A stretch of DNA of 64,000 nt from an uncultured Acidobacteriota bacterium. GTDB lineage: Bacteria > Acidobacteriota > Terriglobia > UBA7540. Positions 29,475-40,263 of the stretch are shown here, piece after piece. The number at the start of each line of letters is the position of its first letter. Position 1 is the stretch's first letter. The position numbers were made by a program, and so were the translations under genes. The notes under the pieces were generated by a model, which was not told the DNA's origin, searched no databases, and was given only the letters and a program-made list of their open reading frames with translations. The DNA lies in assembly GCA_963804995.1 (NCBI GenBank), contig CAWDSK010000001.1, positions 320,001 through 384,000 of the forward strand, written 5' to 3'.

Positions 29475-30106
29475 ATGACGACCAAGCTGTCACGACACGA
29501 TCTCGAACGGTTAGCCGCAGACACAATCCGCGCAGGAATTACCCTCCAGGAGGTGCTACTCGCGGACGAGGGTTTCGTCCGGTTGCTCGTCAACGTGGGT
29601 CAGGCCTTTGCCTCTGCCTTGCGCCGCGGCAACAAAATTCTACTGTTTGGGAACGGGGGTAGCGCCGCCGACGCCCAGCACATTGCCGCAGAGTTCGTGG
29701 GCCGATATCTCATGGAGCGCCGCCCCCTGCCGGCCATCGCTCTGACGACCGACACCTCCGCGCTCACGGCCATCGGCAACGATTACGCCTTTGAGGATGT
29801 TTTCTCACGGCCTATCGAGGCGCTAGGGAGAAAGGGAGACATCGCCGTCGGCTTCTCCACTAGCGGCAAATCCCCCAACGTCCTAAAGGCGATGGCGGTC
29901 GCGAAGAAAAAAGGGTTGCTGACCGTGGGGCTATGCGGCAAGCCTGGCAGCGCTCTGAGAAGCTTGCTGATTACTGCTTCTGTGTTCCCTCGGAAGCGAC
30001 GCCTCGCGTCCAGGAAGCCCATGCCCTTATCGGGCATATCCTCTGTGATTTTAGTGAGAAGCTACTCGCAGGCCACACCGTGAAAAGGAAACGCCAGAAC
30101 AAATAA
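29475..30106 (+). CDS. gmhA: Phosphoheptose isomerase; apparent 1-base deletion near 29956
   Basis: GNGGSAADAQH, NDY and STSGKS motifs; shifted frame continues VPSEATPRVQEAH..GHILCD to a TAA overlapping the next ATG. Confidence 0.88.
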
Positions 30107-30957
30107 TGCCTTCAACAAAACCACATGACGTGCAAAATCCCAAGGGAGTGTTAATCGAGCGGCTCCATCCCGGCACTTCGGCCCGGCGCGCCAAAGTTGT
30201 ACTCTTTGATTTTGACGGTACAATTTCGCTCATCCGGGCAGGTTGGGTCGATGTGATGGTTCCGATGATGGTCGAGATCCTCGCCGACCTCAACACCGGA
30301 GAGAGCGAGGCGGAGCTTTCAACGCTCATCGAGGAATTTGTCGCGCGACTGACCGGCGAGCAGACAATCTACCAGATGATGGAGCTGGCGCGCCAGGTGG
30401 AGGTGCGGGGCGGAAGGCCTCTCGAACCTCTCGCCTACAAGAAGATGTATCACGATCGCCTTATGAAAAAGATTGCGCACCGGCGTGAGGAACTCCGTTC
30501 CGGGGAGGCCGACACCGAGAAGTATCTTGTGCCGGGCACCCGCGCGCTGCTCGAGTCGCTGAAGGGGCGAGGGTTGAAGCTCTATTGCGCGAGCGGCACC
30601 GACGAGGTCTACACGTTGGAGGAGGCTGGATTGCTCCGGGTGCGGGATTATTTTGACGGCGGGGTCTACGGCGCGCAGGATGACTACCAGAACTTCTCCA
30701 AAGAGATATTGATTCAGAGAATCATTCAAAGATCGGAATGTGGCGGGGATGAGCTTCTGGGGTTCGGCGACGGTTACGTGGAGATCAAGAACGTCAAGGA
30801 CGCGGGCGGAGTGGCCGTGGGTGTGGCGACCGCCGAGCCCGAATGCCGCGTGGTGGATGAATGGAAACGCCAGCGGCTGGTGAAAGTCGGGGCAGATTTC
30901 ATCGTTCCGAATTTCCTCGCTCACGAACAGCTTCTCGAAGCATTATTCCCGGAGTAA
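30106..30957 (+). CDS. HAD-family hydrolase
   Basis: FDFDGT motif I, ASGT and GFGDG; translationally coupled to gmhA. Confidence 0.85.
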   Translation: MPSTKPHDVQNPKGVLIERLHPGTSARRAKVVLFDFDGTISLIRAGWVDVMVPMMVEILADLNTGESEAELSTLIEEFVARLTGEQTIYQMMELARQVEVRGGRPLEPLAYKKMYHDRLMKKIAHRREELRSGEADTEKYLVPGTRALLESLKGRGLKLYCASGTDEVYTLEEAGLLRVRDYFDGGVYGAQDDYQNFSKEILIQRIIQRSECGGDELLGFGDGYVEIKNVKDAGGVAVGVATAEPECRVVDEWKRQRLVKVGADFIVPNFLAHEQLLEALFPE

Positions 30958-30968
30958 ATGGTAAGCCT

Positions 30969-31937
30969 ATGAAATCCCAATATGAAATATTCGACCGCAC
31001 CCGGCTGCGGATCAAGCCTCTCGGTGAGCGCAAACACGACATGGACCTCGCGTATGTCCTGAGGCTGGACGAGCCGGCTCCGGAATACTCCCACCCTCAG
31101 TTGCGGGACGTCGCGGAGCGGATTGTTGCCGCAAAGAAGCGAGGCGCCGCGCGCATCCTGATGATGGGAGCGCACGTCATCAAGACCGGAGTGAGCCGCC
31201 ACGTGATTGACCTCCTCGAGCGTGGCGACCTGACCCACATTGCCATGAATGGCGCGGGAGCGATTCACGATTACGAACTGGCGCGAATCGGTGCTTCCAC
31301 GGAAAGCGTGGCCCGCTACATCCGCAGCGGTGAGTTTGGCCTCTGGCGCGAGACGGGCGAGTTGAACGACATTATCGGCGAGGCCGCGCGCCTCTCCTTG
31401 GGCCTGGGCGAAAACCTGGGGCGGTGGATCGAGGGCAGCAACTTCCCCCACAAGGATGTGAGTATTTTCGCGGCAGCTTACCGGCGATCCATTCCCGCGA
31501 CGGTGCATGTGGGCATCGGCTACGACATCATTCACGAGCATCCAAACTGCGACGGCTCGGCGCTGGGCGCAGCGAGCTATCACGACTTCCTGATTTTCAC
31601 GCGCACTGTGGAGAGCTTGGAAGGTGGCATCATGCTGAACTTCGGCTCCGCCATTATGGGCCCGGAGGTGTATCTGAAAGCTCTCGCCATGGTCCGGAAC
31701 GTGGCGCACCAGGAAGGTCGCGAAATCCGCCACTTCACGACCGCGGTGTTTGATCTCGTGCCGATTCAGGGCGACGTCCATCACGAACTGCCCAAGAGCG
31801 ATCCGGGGTACTACTTCCGCCCGCATAAGACGATCCTGGTGCGGACAGTGGCTGACGGTGGAGAGAGTTTTTACTTTTCAGGAGACCATCGGGCGACCTT
31901 TCCGGCTTTGCGGCGCGCCCTTCTGGAGCTGGACTAA
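30969..31937 (+). CDS. Conserved protein, possibly deoxyhypusine-synthase-like fold
   Basis: Well-formed in-operon ORF with MGAHVIK.G, HIAMNGAGAIHD.E, HVGIGYDIIH and GSAIMGPEV motifs; fold call is from memory. Confidence 0.6.
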   Translation: MKSQYEIFDRTRLRIKPLGERKHDMDLAYVLRLDEPAPEYSHPQLRDVAERIVAAKKRGAARILMMGAHVIKTGVSRHVIDLLERGDLTHIAMNGAGAIHDYELARIGASTESVARYIRSGEFGLWRETGELNDIIGEAARLSLGLGENLGRWIEGSNFPHKDVSIFAAAYRRSIPATVHVGIGYDIIHEHPNCDGSALGAASYHDFLIFTRTVESLEGGIMLNFGSAIMGPEVYLKALAMVRNVAHQEGREIRHFTTAVFDLVPIQGDVHHELPKSDPGYYFRPHKTILVRTVADGGESFYFSGDHRATFPALRRALLELD

Positions 31938-31938
31938 C

Positions 31939-32934
31939 ATGACTACGGCTGAGATTCTGGCGGGCTTCCCCAAACTTGCCGCGCTGGTGGTGGGTGACAT
32001 CTGCCTCGACCGCTGGTGCACTTACGATCCTTCGACCTCCGAACCCTCGCGCGAAACAGGCATTCCACGCCTCGGCGTGGTAGAAACCCAAGTCACGCCC
32101 GGGGGGGGTGGCACTGTGGCGAATAACCTTGCAGCGCTCGGGACGGGGCGGGTAGCCGTACTGGGGGTGCGCGGAGACGACGGGTTCGGCTTTGAGCTTG
32201 AACGCGCGCTCGCGAAACGTGGCATCACGGCGGATTTGATGGTCAAGGTGCGCGACTGGCACACCTTCACTTACACCAAGTTGCTGAATTGCCAAAGCGG
32301 AGTAGAAGACCAGCCGCGCCTGGATTTCATTTCCATCCGCCCCGTGCCTGTTGAAGCCGAGAGACAAATCATCGCAAACCTGCGCTCCGCTATTTCTGGC
32401 TTCGACGTGATCCTCGTGGCCGACCAGGCTGAGACCGCTTCCGGCGGAGTGGTGACACCGGCCGTGCGTGCCTGCCTCATGGAGGTTGCAGCCCAGTATC
32501 CTGAGAAGGTCTTTCTTGTTGATTCGCGCAAGCGCGTCGACCTGTTCCGAAACGTGATGGTCAAGCCCAATCGCCAGGAGGCCGTCGAGGCGTGCACCAA
32601 GCTCTTCGGGACAGTTGACTACGCACGCCTGCGGCAGCACCTCGCGGCTAAAGTCATCATGGTCACGCACGGACCGCGGGGTGCACTGGTGGTCGAGGAG
32701 GGCAAGCAAACGTGGGCCAAGGCTTGGCCGGTCGCGAACCCCGTCGACATTTGCGGCGCGGGCGACAGCTTCGCAGCCGGAACGGCGTTGTCGCTGGCGG
32801 TTACGTGCGATCCCGTCCTGTCCGCGGGAATCGGCAGCCTGGTGGCATCCATCACGGTCATGAAAAAAGGAACAGGAACGGCATCGCCCCAGGAAGTGTT
32901 GGCCGCAGAAGGCAGGCCACCTGGTCGGAATTAG
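31939..32934 (+). CDS. PfkB-family sugar kinase, RfaE/HldE domain-I-like
   Basis: VVGDICLD, PGGGGTVANNL, VKPN and DICGAGD motifs. Confidence 0.85.
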   Translation: MTTAEILAGFPKLAALVVGDICLDRWCTYDPSTSEPSRETGIPRLGVVETQVTPGGGGTVANNLAALGTGRVAVLGVRGDDGFGFELERALAKRGITADLMVKVRDWHTFTYTKLLNCQSGVEDQPRLDFISIRPVPVEAERQIIANLRSAISGFDVILVADQAETASGGVVTPAVRACLMEVAAQYPEKVFLVDSRKRVDLFRNVMVKPNRQEAVEACTKLFGTVDYARLRQHLAAKVIMVTHGPRGALVVEEGKQTWAKAWPVANPVDICGAGDSFAAGTALSLAVTCDPVLSAGIGSLVASITVMKKGTGTASPQEVLAAEGRPPGRN

Positions 32935-33004
32935 AACCCGTCGGTCAGGAGTGCAAGCGCGCCGGCATGGCTCCCGCTCCCTTCCATCCTCAGGAGGTTT
33001 CGCC

Positions 33005-34009
33005 GTGGGCAACTACTCCGTTACCCAAAAAACCGTCGAAGGGCACCTGACGTATCACCTGATTGACCGCAAGCGCCGTATGGACTTCGGACTCGTCCCG
33101 GACATCGGCAATTTCGGTTACGAATTCAAGGTCAACGGCAAGGACGTTCTTTTCTTCGCGGATTCCTTTCGCGACTACCTCCAGAAGCGCTCGCTCGGTG
33201 GCGGCATTCCATTGCTTGCGCCTTTCGCAAATCGCATTGACGGCGACCAGTACTATTTCCAGGGCAAGAAATATCTCTTGAATGATTCCCTGGGCAACAT
33301 CATCCGGGCGCGTGGAAGCAACCTGCCTATTCACGGACTGCTGGTCCGCGACCCGCGCTGGAAGGTCACGAAATCCGGAGCGTTCAGCCTGGACGGCGCT
33401 TTCATCGTTTCGCGGCTGGAGTTCTACCGGTACCCCGAACTGATGGCCCAATTTCCTTTCGCGCATGTATGGGAAACTACCTATCGTCTGAAAGATGGGA
33501 AGCTGGAGTGTCGAACCAAAGTCAAGAATGTGGGCGGTTCACAAATGCCGGTGCATTTCGGATACCACCCCTACTTTCGTCCGGACGGCCCACGCGAGGA
33601 CTGGACTCTGCATCTCGGAGCAAAGAAGCACTGGAGGGTCTCCGACACGCTCATCCCCACCGGAGAACTCGAGCCGACAGAAACATTCCTTCCGGGAGCG
33701 ACTGAGGTACTGAGCCTGCACAAGTCGTATGTCGACGGGGCCTTCGCAGAACTGGAGCGCGATGGGAAGGGCCTGGCGCACTTCTGGGTGGCCGGGAAGA
33801 CGCAGAAAGTTGAGCTGGTGTTTGACCCGGGCTACGAAGTGGCAATTGCCTATGCGCCGCTGGACCCGGAGATGATTTGCCTTGAGCCGCAGACCGGTCC
33901 TACCAACGCCTTCAATTTGCACCACGAAGGAAAGTTCCAGAACCTGATTATCCTCGATCCAGGCCGGACTTATCAGGCTCGATTCTGGATTGTTCCCACC
34001 GGCTTTTGA
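33005..34009 (+). CDS. Aldose 1-epimerase family protein
   Basis: GIPLLAPFANRI, IHG, GYHPYF and ICLEP motifs; AGGAGG RBS before GTG 33005. Confidence 0.85.
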   Translation: MGNYSVTQKTVEGHLTYHLIDRKRRMDFGLVPDIGNFGYEFKVNGKDVLFFADSFRDYLQKRSLGGGIPLLAPFANRIDGDQYYFQGKKYLLNDSLGNIIRARGSNLPIHGLLVRDPRWKVTKSGAFSLDGAFIVSRLEFYRYPELMAQFPFAHVWETTYRLKDGKLECRTKVKNVGGSQMPVHFGYHPYFRPDGPREDWTLHLGAKKHWRVSDTLIPTGELEPTETFLPGATEVLSLHKSYVDGAFAELERDGKGLAHFWVAGKTQKVELVFDPGYEVAIAYAPLDPEMICLEPQTGPTNAFNLHHEGKFQNLIILDPGRTYQARFWIVPTGF

Positions 34010-34370
34010 CCAAGTGCACACTCCTTCCTGCTATGCGGCCCAATGCCCTGCCGTTTTACTGGTGGTCTTCTGAGCGTGAGGCGGGCCATCCCGACTATGA
34101 GAGCACAGACCGTGTGGTCGCCAAACGTGTGGCTCATCACGTCACCATGAAGGGGCATTCACTAGCTTGGAACACGGTGCGCAAGCCTGGGCCTGAAATC
34201 AGAAGGAGACCTTGCCCCTCGCCTTGCTCCGCTGAAATTTCCCTGCTGCCCATTGTCAAGTAACCTTTGGTATAATGGCGTTCCTCGCAGCACCCGCCTG
34301 CCAAGGGTGCTTACGGGACTAGCGCCCAGGCCTTGATCCCTCGCGCCGCCTCCCGCAGAAAGTTGCACCG

Positions 34371-35903
34371 ATGCTCTTCAAAGCTCTAAGCGCCGCTGTC
34401 TTCGGTATTGATGCCTATCTTGTTGAGGTAGAAGTCGACATCACCGCGGGCAATGGCCTCTTTATCACCGTCGGTTTGCCCGACGCAGCAGTGCGTGAAA
34501 GTCGCGAGCGCATCAAAGCCGCTATAAAGAACTGTGGCCTGGCCTATCCCTTTCAGGACATCACCGTGAACCTGGCCCCCGCTGACGTGAAGAAAGAGGG
34601 TTCGGGATTCGATCTTCCCATCGCGCTCGGCATTCTGGGCACGACGGGCGCTCTACTGAAAAACGAATTGAAAAACACTCTGTTCCTCGGCGAACTCTCC
34701 CTCAACGGCGGTCTGCGTCCGATCAAAGGCGCCCTATCGATCGCCAGCATGGCGCGGCAGAAGGGCCTGCACAAATTGGTGGTACCGGTCGAAAATGCCA
34801 GCGAGGCAGCAGTGGTTCGAGAGGTGCAGGTCTACGGACTGCGCTCGCTGCCGGAAGTGCTGGACCTGATCAATGAGACACGCGAGTTCAAGCCCGTGCA
34901 CGTGAATGTGGCTCAGATGCTCGCGCAGGCCAGCCAGTACTCTGTGGATTTCCACGACGTCAAAGGGCAACTTCACGCCAAGCGCGCCATCGAGGTCGCG
35001 ACTGCGGGCGGGCACAACATCCTGATGATCGGCCCGCCGGGCGCTGGGAAGACGATGGTCGCCAAGCGAATTCCCACCATTCTGCCGCCGCTCACATTTG
35101 ACGAAGCAATCCAAACTACAAAGATTCACAGTGTGGCGGGTGTGCTGGAGGCGGGCGCGGGGTTGGTGGCCACGCGGCCCTATCGCTCGCCGCATCACAC
35201 CATCTCCGACGCCGGATTGATTGGGGGCGGAGCGCTTCCGCGCCCCGGCGAAGTCAGTCTGGCGCACAACGGCGTGCTGTTTCTCGATGAGCTGCCGGAA
35301 TTCCAGCGCAACGTGTTAGAAGTGCTCCGGCAGCCTTTGGAAGACGGAAACGTAACGATTGCGCGCGCCTCCATGACCCTCACCTTTCCCGCGCGCTTCA
35401 TGCTGGCCGCCGCCATGAATCCCTGCCCGTGCGGGTTTTTCAACGACCCCTCGCGGGATTGCACTTGCACGCCGCCCATCATTCAGCGCTATGTTTCGAA
35501 GATTTCCGGGCCACTGCTCGACCGCATTGACATTCACATTGATATGCCTGCTGTGCGTTTCCAGGAACTACGCCAGGAGGCAGGCGGTGAGGCTTCCGAC
35601 GCCATTCGCGCCCGCGTGATCAAGACTCGCGAGCGCCAACTGGAACGCTTCCAGGGCGAAAAGATTTACTGCAACGCGCAGATGAGCTCGCGGCAGATTC
35701 GTAAGTACTGCGACATTGCTCCTGACAGCGAGCGCCTGCTGGAAAGCGCCATGTCACGCCTGGGCCTTTCCGCGCGCGCCCACGACCGCATCTTGAAAGT
35801 TTCCCGTACCATCGCTGACCTGGAGGGCGCGGAAGACATCGGCAGCGTGCATCTCTCCGAAGCCATCCAATACCGCTCCCTCGACCGCAGCTACTGGACG
35901 TAA
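34371..35903 (+). CDS. comM: ComM/YifB-family Mg-chelatase-like AAA+ ATPase
   Basis: [48 protein letters not shown] and GPLLDRID motifs. Confidence 0.9.
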   Translation: MLFKALSAAVFGIDAYLVEVEVDITAGNGLFITVGLPDAAVRESRERIKAAIKNCGLAYPFQDITVNLAPADVKKEGSGFDLPIALGILGTTGALLKNELKNTLFLGELSLNGGLRPIKGALSIASMARQKGLHKLVVPVENASEAAVVREVQVYGLRSLPEVLDLINETREFKPVHVNVAQMLAQASQYSVDFHDVKGQLHAKRAIEVATAGGHNILMIGPPGAGKTMVAKRIPTILPPLTFDEAIQTTKIHSVAGVLEAGAGLVATRPYRSPHHTISDAGLIGGGALPRPGEVSLAHNGVLFLDELPEFQRNVLEVLRQPLEDGNVTIARASMTLTFPARFMLAAAMNPCPCGFFNDPSRDCTCTPPIIQRYVSKISGPLLDRIDIHIDMPAVRFQELRQEAGGEASDAIRARVIKTRERQLERFQGEKIYCNAQMSSRQIRKYCDIAPDSERLLESAMSRLGLSARAHDRILKVSRTIADLEGAEDIGSVHLSEAIQYRSLDRSYWT

Positions 35904-36126
35904 TGCGGATCCCCAACGCGCGCCGATAATTCTGGCAATGGAAGCGTGGCGCCAACATCGATTGATTCAAAGTGGACCAGGTCTTTGATAACCACACCAT
36001 AACCGCTATCGGGCGGATTATTTGGCCCGGTGCGTTCCAAAGTGATCCCATATTTGGAGATTATGGGATTGACTACGCCTGTCCGCGGGGACTACGATTC
36101 TGCGTTTTCAAACTAGCGGGGGGACG

Positions 36127-38007
36127 ATGATGAAAACCAGTCGGAGAAAAGTGTTAGGTGACGCGCTGAAGATCGTGGGAGCCGGTGTTTCCGTTTTATC
36201 TCTTCCCGCACCTGGGAAAGGCAAAGCACTGAGGAGTCTGGAGGCGATAGCGGAAAGCGCATCCCCTCGTGCCGAGGGCGGTGTAGAAGTAGTAGCCCGC
36301 GGAGTTGAAGAAGGCGCCTGGCCCAAACTGGTTGCGCGTTGGAAACTGGATGGGGATTGCCGCGACTCCGTCGGGGCGCACCATAGCGAGGGGCATGGCA
36401 TCAAGTTTGTCGAGGGGAGGGATGGGCGGCCTGGGGGTGCGGCGCAATTCAACGGCGTAGACGCCTTCGCGGAAGTCGCCCACGATGAGGACCTTCCCTT
36501 TGGGACGCGCGAGTTCTCCCTGGCATTTTGGGTGAAGCTCCCGGAAACCCTCAACACCGTGCTGGGCGACGTGATGAGTAAGTTCGATCTTCCTCGCCGA
36601 AGGGGCTTCAATCTCAGCCTGGGAGGAAGTTCACCGAGTTACAACTCCATTTGTGATATGAGGAATCTCTATTTCGGAATTGATAACGGTATTAACGGTT
36701 CTTGGATCGACTGCGGCAGGCCCTGGAAGAGCAATCCGCTGATCAGCACGCTGAGTGTCTACAAGGGTCAGCTCTACACCGGCATCGCCGATGCCTCCAA
36801 ACCGGAGGACGCCTGTCACGTCTTTCGTTACGCCGGCGGTGCGGGATGGGAGGACTGCGGCCGCTTGGGGAGCGATCTTCGTACCTTGTCGGTCTATTCC
36901 ATGACCGTCTACAAGGGCCATCTCTATGCAGGAACGGGCGAGTGGGATTGGGAAAAAGCCTGGGCCGGGATGGGTGGCCCCAACCACGTCTACCGTTACG
37001 AAGGTGGCAGCGAGTGGCGGGACTGCGGCCAGCTTGGCAACGGGTACCGCACGATGTCATTGGCGCCTTTCAAGGGTGACCTGTACGCAAGTGACGATAC
37101 GGGAAAGTGCTATCGCTTTGATGGCGACCGAACTTGGGCCTTCGTCGGTCAATTGGGCAACGAGAATCGCTTTAATACCATGATGCCGTACAGGGGACAC
37201 CTCTACGGCGCTTCTCACACTGCCATCTATCGATATGATGGCGGCACCACGTGGACGAGCATTGGCAGGGATATCCCCGGCGTTACGCAGATTCACAAGC
37301 TGCAGGTCTACGATGGGCATCTCTATGCCGGCACCTGGCCTTTCGGCAAAGTGCTGAGGTACGAAGGGGAGAATCACTGGTCGGAATGCGGGCAACTGGG
37401 CATCGCCACCGACAAGGTGCAGATTAACGAGGTAAACGACCTTACCGCTTATAACGGCAAACTGTATGCCGGCGTGCTGCCTAAAGCCGAGGTCTACCGC
37501 TACGAAGGCGGTGCGGATTGGACGATGCTCAGAAGAATGGTCGGCAGCCCGTACTGGTCGGCAGGCTGCCGGAGTTGCGGAGATTCACCTACCAGCGATT
37601 GCACCTGGGCCCGCGTCCCCTGCTTGACGGTATTCCAGGGCCAGTTGTTTATGGGCACCTCGACCTGTCAAGGCCGGCACGATCCCAACGCTCCTCCGGA
37701 AGTCGGGCGTGTCTACGCCATGGAGGCGGGGAAGAACGTGTCGTTGGACGACGATCTGGGGGCCGGATGGAAGTTCATAGTCGCCACCCGGGAACGCGGG
37801 CATCTTAGACTTTACGTCAATGGCGAACTGCGAGCCACTTCCTCAGCTTTTGACGATTCCGACTACGACGTCTCAAACCGGTCCTCTCTACTGATTGGTC
37901 TTGGCGCGCAAAACTATCTTTCCGGTGTTCTTGATGACGTCCGCATTTACCAAAGAGCGCTCAACTCCGATCAGGCGGCGGCTCTGTACCGTGGCACTCA
38001 TGAATGA
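36127..38007 (+). CDS. Exported protein: LamG-like jellyroll halves flanking a beta-propeller-like repeat region
   Basis: SRRK leader; N-terminal WKLDG/FNG/FSLAFWVK; repeated Y.G.LYAG..VYRYEG..W.DCG; C-terminal LYVNG/LDDVRIYQRAL. Confidence 0.7.
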   Translation: MMKTSRRKVLGDALKIVGAGVSVLSLPAPGKGKALRSLEAIAESASPRAEGGVEVVARGVEEGAWPKLVARWKLDGDCRDSVGAHHSEGHGIKFVEGRDGRPGGAAQFNGVDAFAEVAHDEDLPFGTREFSLAFWVKLPETLNTVLGDVMSKFDLPRRRGFNLSLGGSSPSYNSICDMRNLYFGIDNGINGSWIDCGRPWKSNPLISTLSVYKGQLYTGIADASKPEDACHVFRYAGGAGWEDCGRLGSDLRTLSVYSMTVYKGHLYAGTGEWDWEKAWAGMGGPNHVYRYEGGSEWRDCGQLGNGYRTMSLAPFKGDLYASDDTGKCYRFDGDRTWAFVGQLGNENRFNTMMPYRGHLYGASHTAIYRYDGGTTWTSIGRDIPGVTQIHKLQVYDGHLYAGTWPFGKVLRYEGENHWSECGQLGIATDKVQINEVNDLTAYNGKLYAGVLPKAEVYRYEGGADWTMLRRMVGSPYWSAGCRSCGDSPTSDCTWARVPCLTVFQGQLFMGTSTCQGRHDPNAPPEVGRVYAMEAGKNVSLDDDLGAGWKFIVATRERGHLRLYVNGELRATSSAFDDSDYDVSNRSSLLIGLGAQNYLSGVLDDVRIYQRALNSDQAAALYRGTHE

Positions 38008-38145
38008 CTGCGCCATGACGCTGAGAATGAAAAAGGGCAAGGAAATTTCTGGCCGGAGCGGTTCCGTTTACTGCCGCGCCCGCCCACTCACTCTGGCAGC
38101 ATCCAAATTCGAGACCCAAAACATAGGGGAGAACCGAGGGGCATC

Positions 38146-40092
38146 ATGTGTTCCAGGCACGTGACACTCTGGCTTCGGCTTGGCATCGTAGCGGCACTGG
38201 CCGCCTTACTGATCACGCAAGCCCTTGTTATCCACGCACAGGATCTGGAGCAACGGCAAGCCGCAGCGCTTGCCTACGTCCGGGATCACGCCGACCGCGA
38301 AAACGACGTGATGATGCCGATGCGCGACGGCGTCCGCCTCTCCGCCGACATCCTGTTCCCGAAAGGCCAACCGCGCAAGAATCTACCCACCGTGCTCATA
38401 CGCAAGCCGTATTTGACCGACGCCATGATCAGTTGGCCGGAACATACACAGTATCTGGCGAGTTTCCTTGCCAACGGATATGCCGTCGTATTCCAGAGCG
38501 AGCGGGGGCGTTACTTTTCTGAAGGCACCTACACTGTCCTGGTCGGCTCAGGAAACGACGGCTACGACACTGTCGAATGGTTGGCCAAGCAACCCTGGTC
38601 TAACGGGAAGGTGGGGACCTTCGGCTGCTCATCGAGTGCCGAAGAGCAGTGGAAGCTCGTGGGCACACATCCCCCTGGACTTGCCGCTGCTGTCCCCAGG
38701 AGCTCAGGGTGCGGCATCGGGAAGGTCGGGCCCTATAACGAGATGGGCAACTTCTATCGCGGCGGCGCCGTGCAGATGTGGTGGTTCGATTGGTTCTACT
38801 ACTATGCGTTCACGTACCGCCCTCTCTTTCCGCCCAATCTATCCCGCCAGCAGATGGTGCGCCTATTGCCCTTCTGGGATCTCCAGCCGGAGCATTTTCC
38901 CCCTGCAGACTTCGAGAAGGCCATCTGGACACTGCCCATCAACAAGCTCATGGACAAGATCGGCGCCGCTCCGAGCGACATGGATGATTGGGTCAATCGC
39001 TTGCCGAATGACCCGCGGTGGAAGGATTTCGAAGTTGGGAACGAAGGCGACCGGTTGAGTGTGCCGGTTCTGATGATCAACTCCTGGTACGACCTCTCGA
39101 TTGGGCCCAATGTTGCCATGTACAAGTACCAGTCGAAGAACGCGGCCAATGAGACGGCCCGCAACAACATGTTCATGATTATCGCCCCCACCACACATTG
39201 CAACCAGGGTCAGATGGAGACCGAACACACGATCGTCGGTGAACGGGACATGGGCGATGCCCGGCTTGACTACGTCGGGATAATCCAGAAATGGTTCGAC
39301 CATTTCCTGAAGGGCGTCGATAATGACATTACGAGCCAGCCCAAAGTGCGTGCCTACATGATGGGCGCCAATGAGTGGCATACCTATGACACTTGGCCGC
39401 CCAAAGAGGTCCGGGACGTTTCCTACTACCTTGATAGCGCAGGGAGAGCGAACACGGCGTACGGCGACGGTAGTCTTGCAACCAAAGAACCGGATAGAGC
39501 GGGCTCGGATACCTTCACCTATGACCCTCTGCGCCCCGTTCCCTCCGTGGGAGGGGGCATCTGTTGTTTCCCCCTCATCCATGGCGGGCCGTTCGACCAA
39601 TCGGCAACGGAGATGCGCAGCGACGTGCTGGTCTACTCGACTCCGCCACTCACCGACACCGTTGGGGTGGCAGGGCCGGTGAAAGTTTCCCTATATCTTT
39701 CGTCGGATCGAAAGGACACCGACCTTACAGTCAAGCTATTGGACGTTTACCCGGACGGCAAAGCCTACAATTTGGATGAGAGCATCCAGCGGGTGCGCTG
39801 GCGCGAGGGGTGGGACAAGCCGGCGTTCATGGAACCCGACCACGTTTACAAGGTGGAGGTGGGGCCCTTGGTGACCAGCAACGCCTTCCTGCCGGGACAC
39901 CGCATACGGATCGAGGTCTCAAGCAGCAACTTCCCGCGCTTCGAGCGCAATCTGAATACGGGCGGCAACAATTTCGACGAGAAGGACGGCCTCATCGCCC
40001 ACAACGTCATTCATCACGGTCCGGCTCACCAGTCGGTCATTGTGCTGCCCATTGTGAACGTCCGAGGCGCGCCGAGCCCGAATGGCAATTGA
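38146..40092 (+). CDS. Secreted CocE/NonD-family (S15-like) hydrolase
   Basis: MPMRDGVRL, RGRYFSEG, DGYDTVEW..QPWSNG, WYD and GHRIRIEVSSSNFP motifs. Confidence 0.9.
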   Translation: MCSRHVTLWLRLGIVAALAALLITQALVIHAQDLEQRQAAALAYVRDHADRENDVMMPMRDGVRLSADILFPKGQPRKNLPTVLIRKPYLTDAMISWPEHTQYLASFLANGYAVVFQSERGRYFSEGTYTVLVGSGNDGYDTVEWLAKQPWSNGKVGTFGCSSSAEEQWKLVGTHPPGLAAAVPRSSGCGIGKVGPYNEMGNFYRGGAVQMWWFDWFYYYAFTYRPLFPPNLSRQQMVRLLPFWDLQPEHFPPADFEKAIWTLPINKLMDKIGAAPSDMDDWVNRLPNDPRWKDFEVGNEGDRLSVPVLMINSWYDLSIGPNVAMYKYQSKNAANETARNNMFMIIAPTTHCNQGQMETEHTIVGERDMGDARLDYVGIIQKWFDHFLKGVDNDITSQPKVRAYMMGANEWHTYDTWPPKEVRDVSYYLDSAGRANTAYGDGSLATKEPDRAGSDTFTYDPLRPVPSVGGGICCFPLIHGGPFDQSATEMRSDVLVYSTPPLTDTVGVAGPVKVSLYLSSDRKDTDLTVKLLDVYPDGKAYNLDESIQRVRWREGWDKPAFMEPDHVYKVEVGPLVTSNAFLPGHRIRIEVSSSNFPRFERNLNTGGNNFDEKDGLIAHNVIHHGPAHQSVIVLPIVNVRGAPSPNGN

Positions 40093-40135
40093 TCGCGAGC
40101 CTCCGAACGTGTGAAAAAACCGGGAGAACGTCCTC

Positions 40136-40207
40136 ACCGCAGAGACGCTGAGGCGCAGAGAAAAGGACCTTTATTTTCATTTCTCTGCGCCTCAGCGTCT
40201 CTGCGGT
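40136..40207. repeat. Perfect 28 bp inverted repeat between convergent genes (possible bidirectional terminator)
   Basis: ACCGCAGAGACGCTGAGGCGCAGAGAAA, 16 nt loop, then its exact reverse complement. Confidence 0.85.
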
Positions 40208-40263
40208 AAGAATGCTATTTCTTCACAGCTTCTCCCGGCTGTGATCCCATTGGCCCATCGCCC

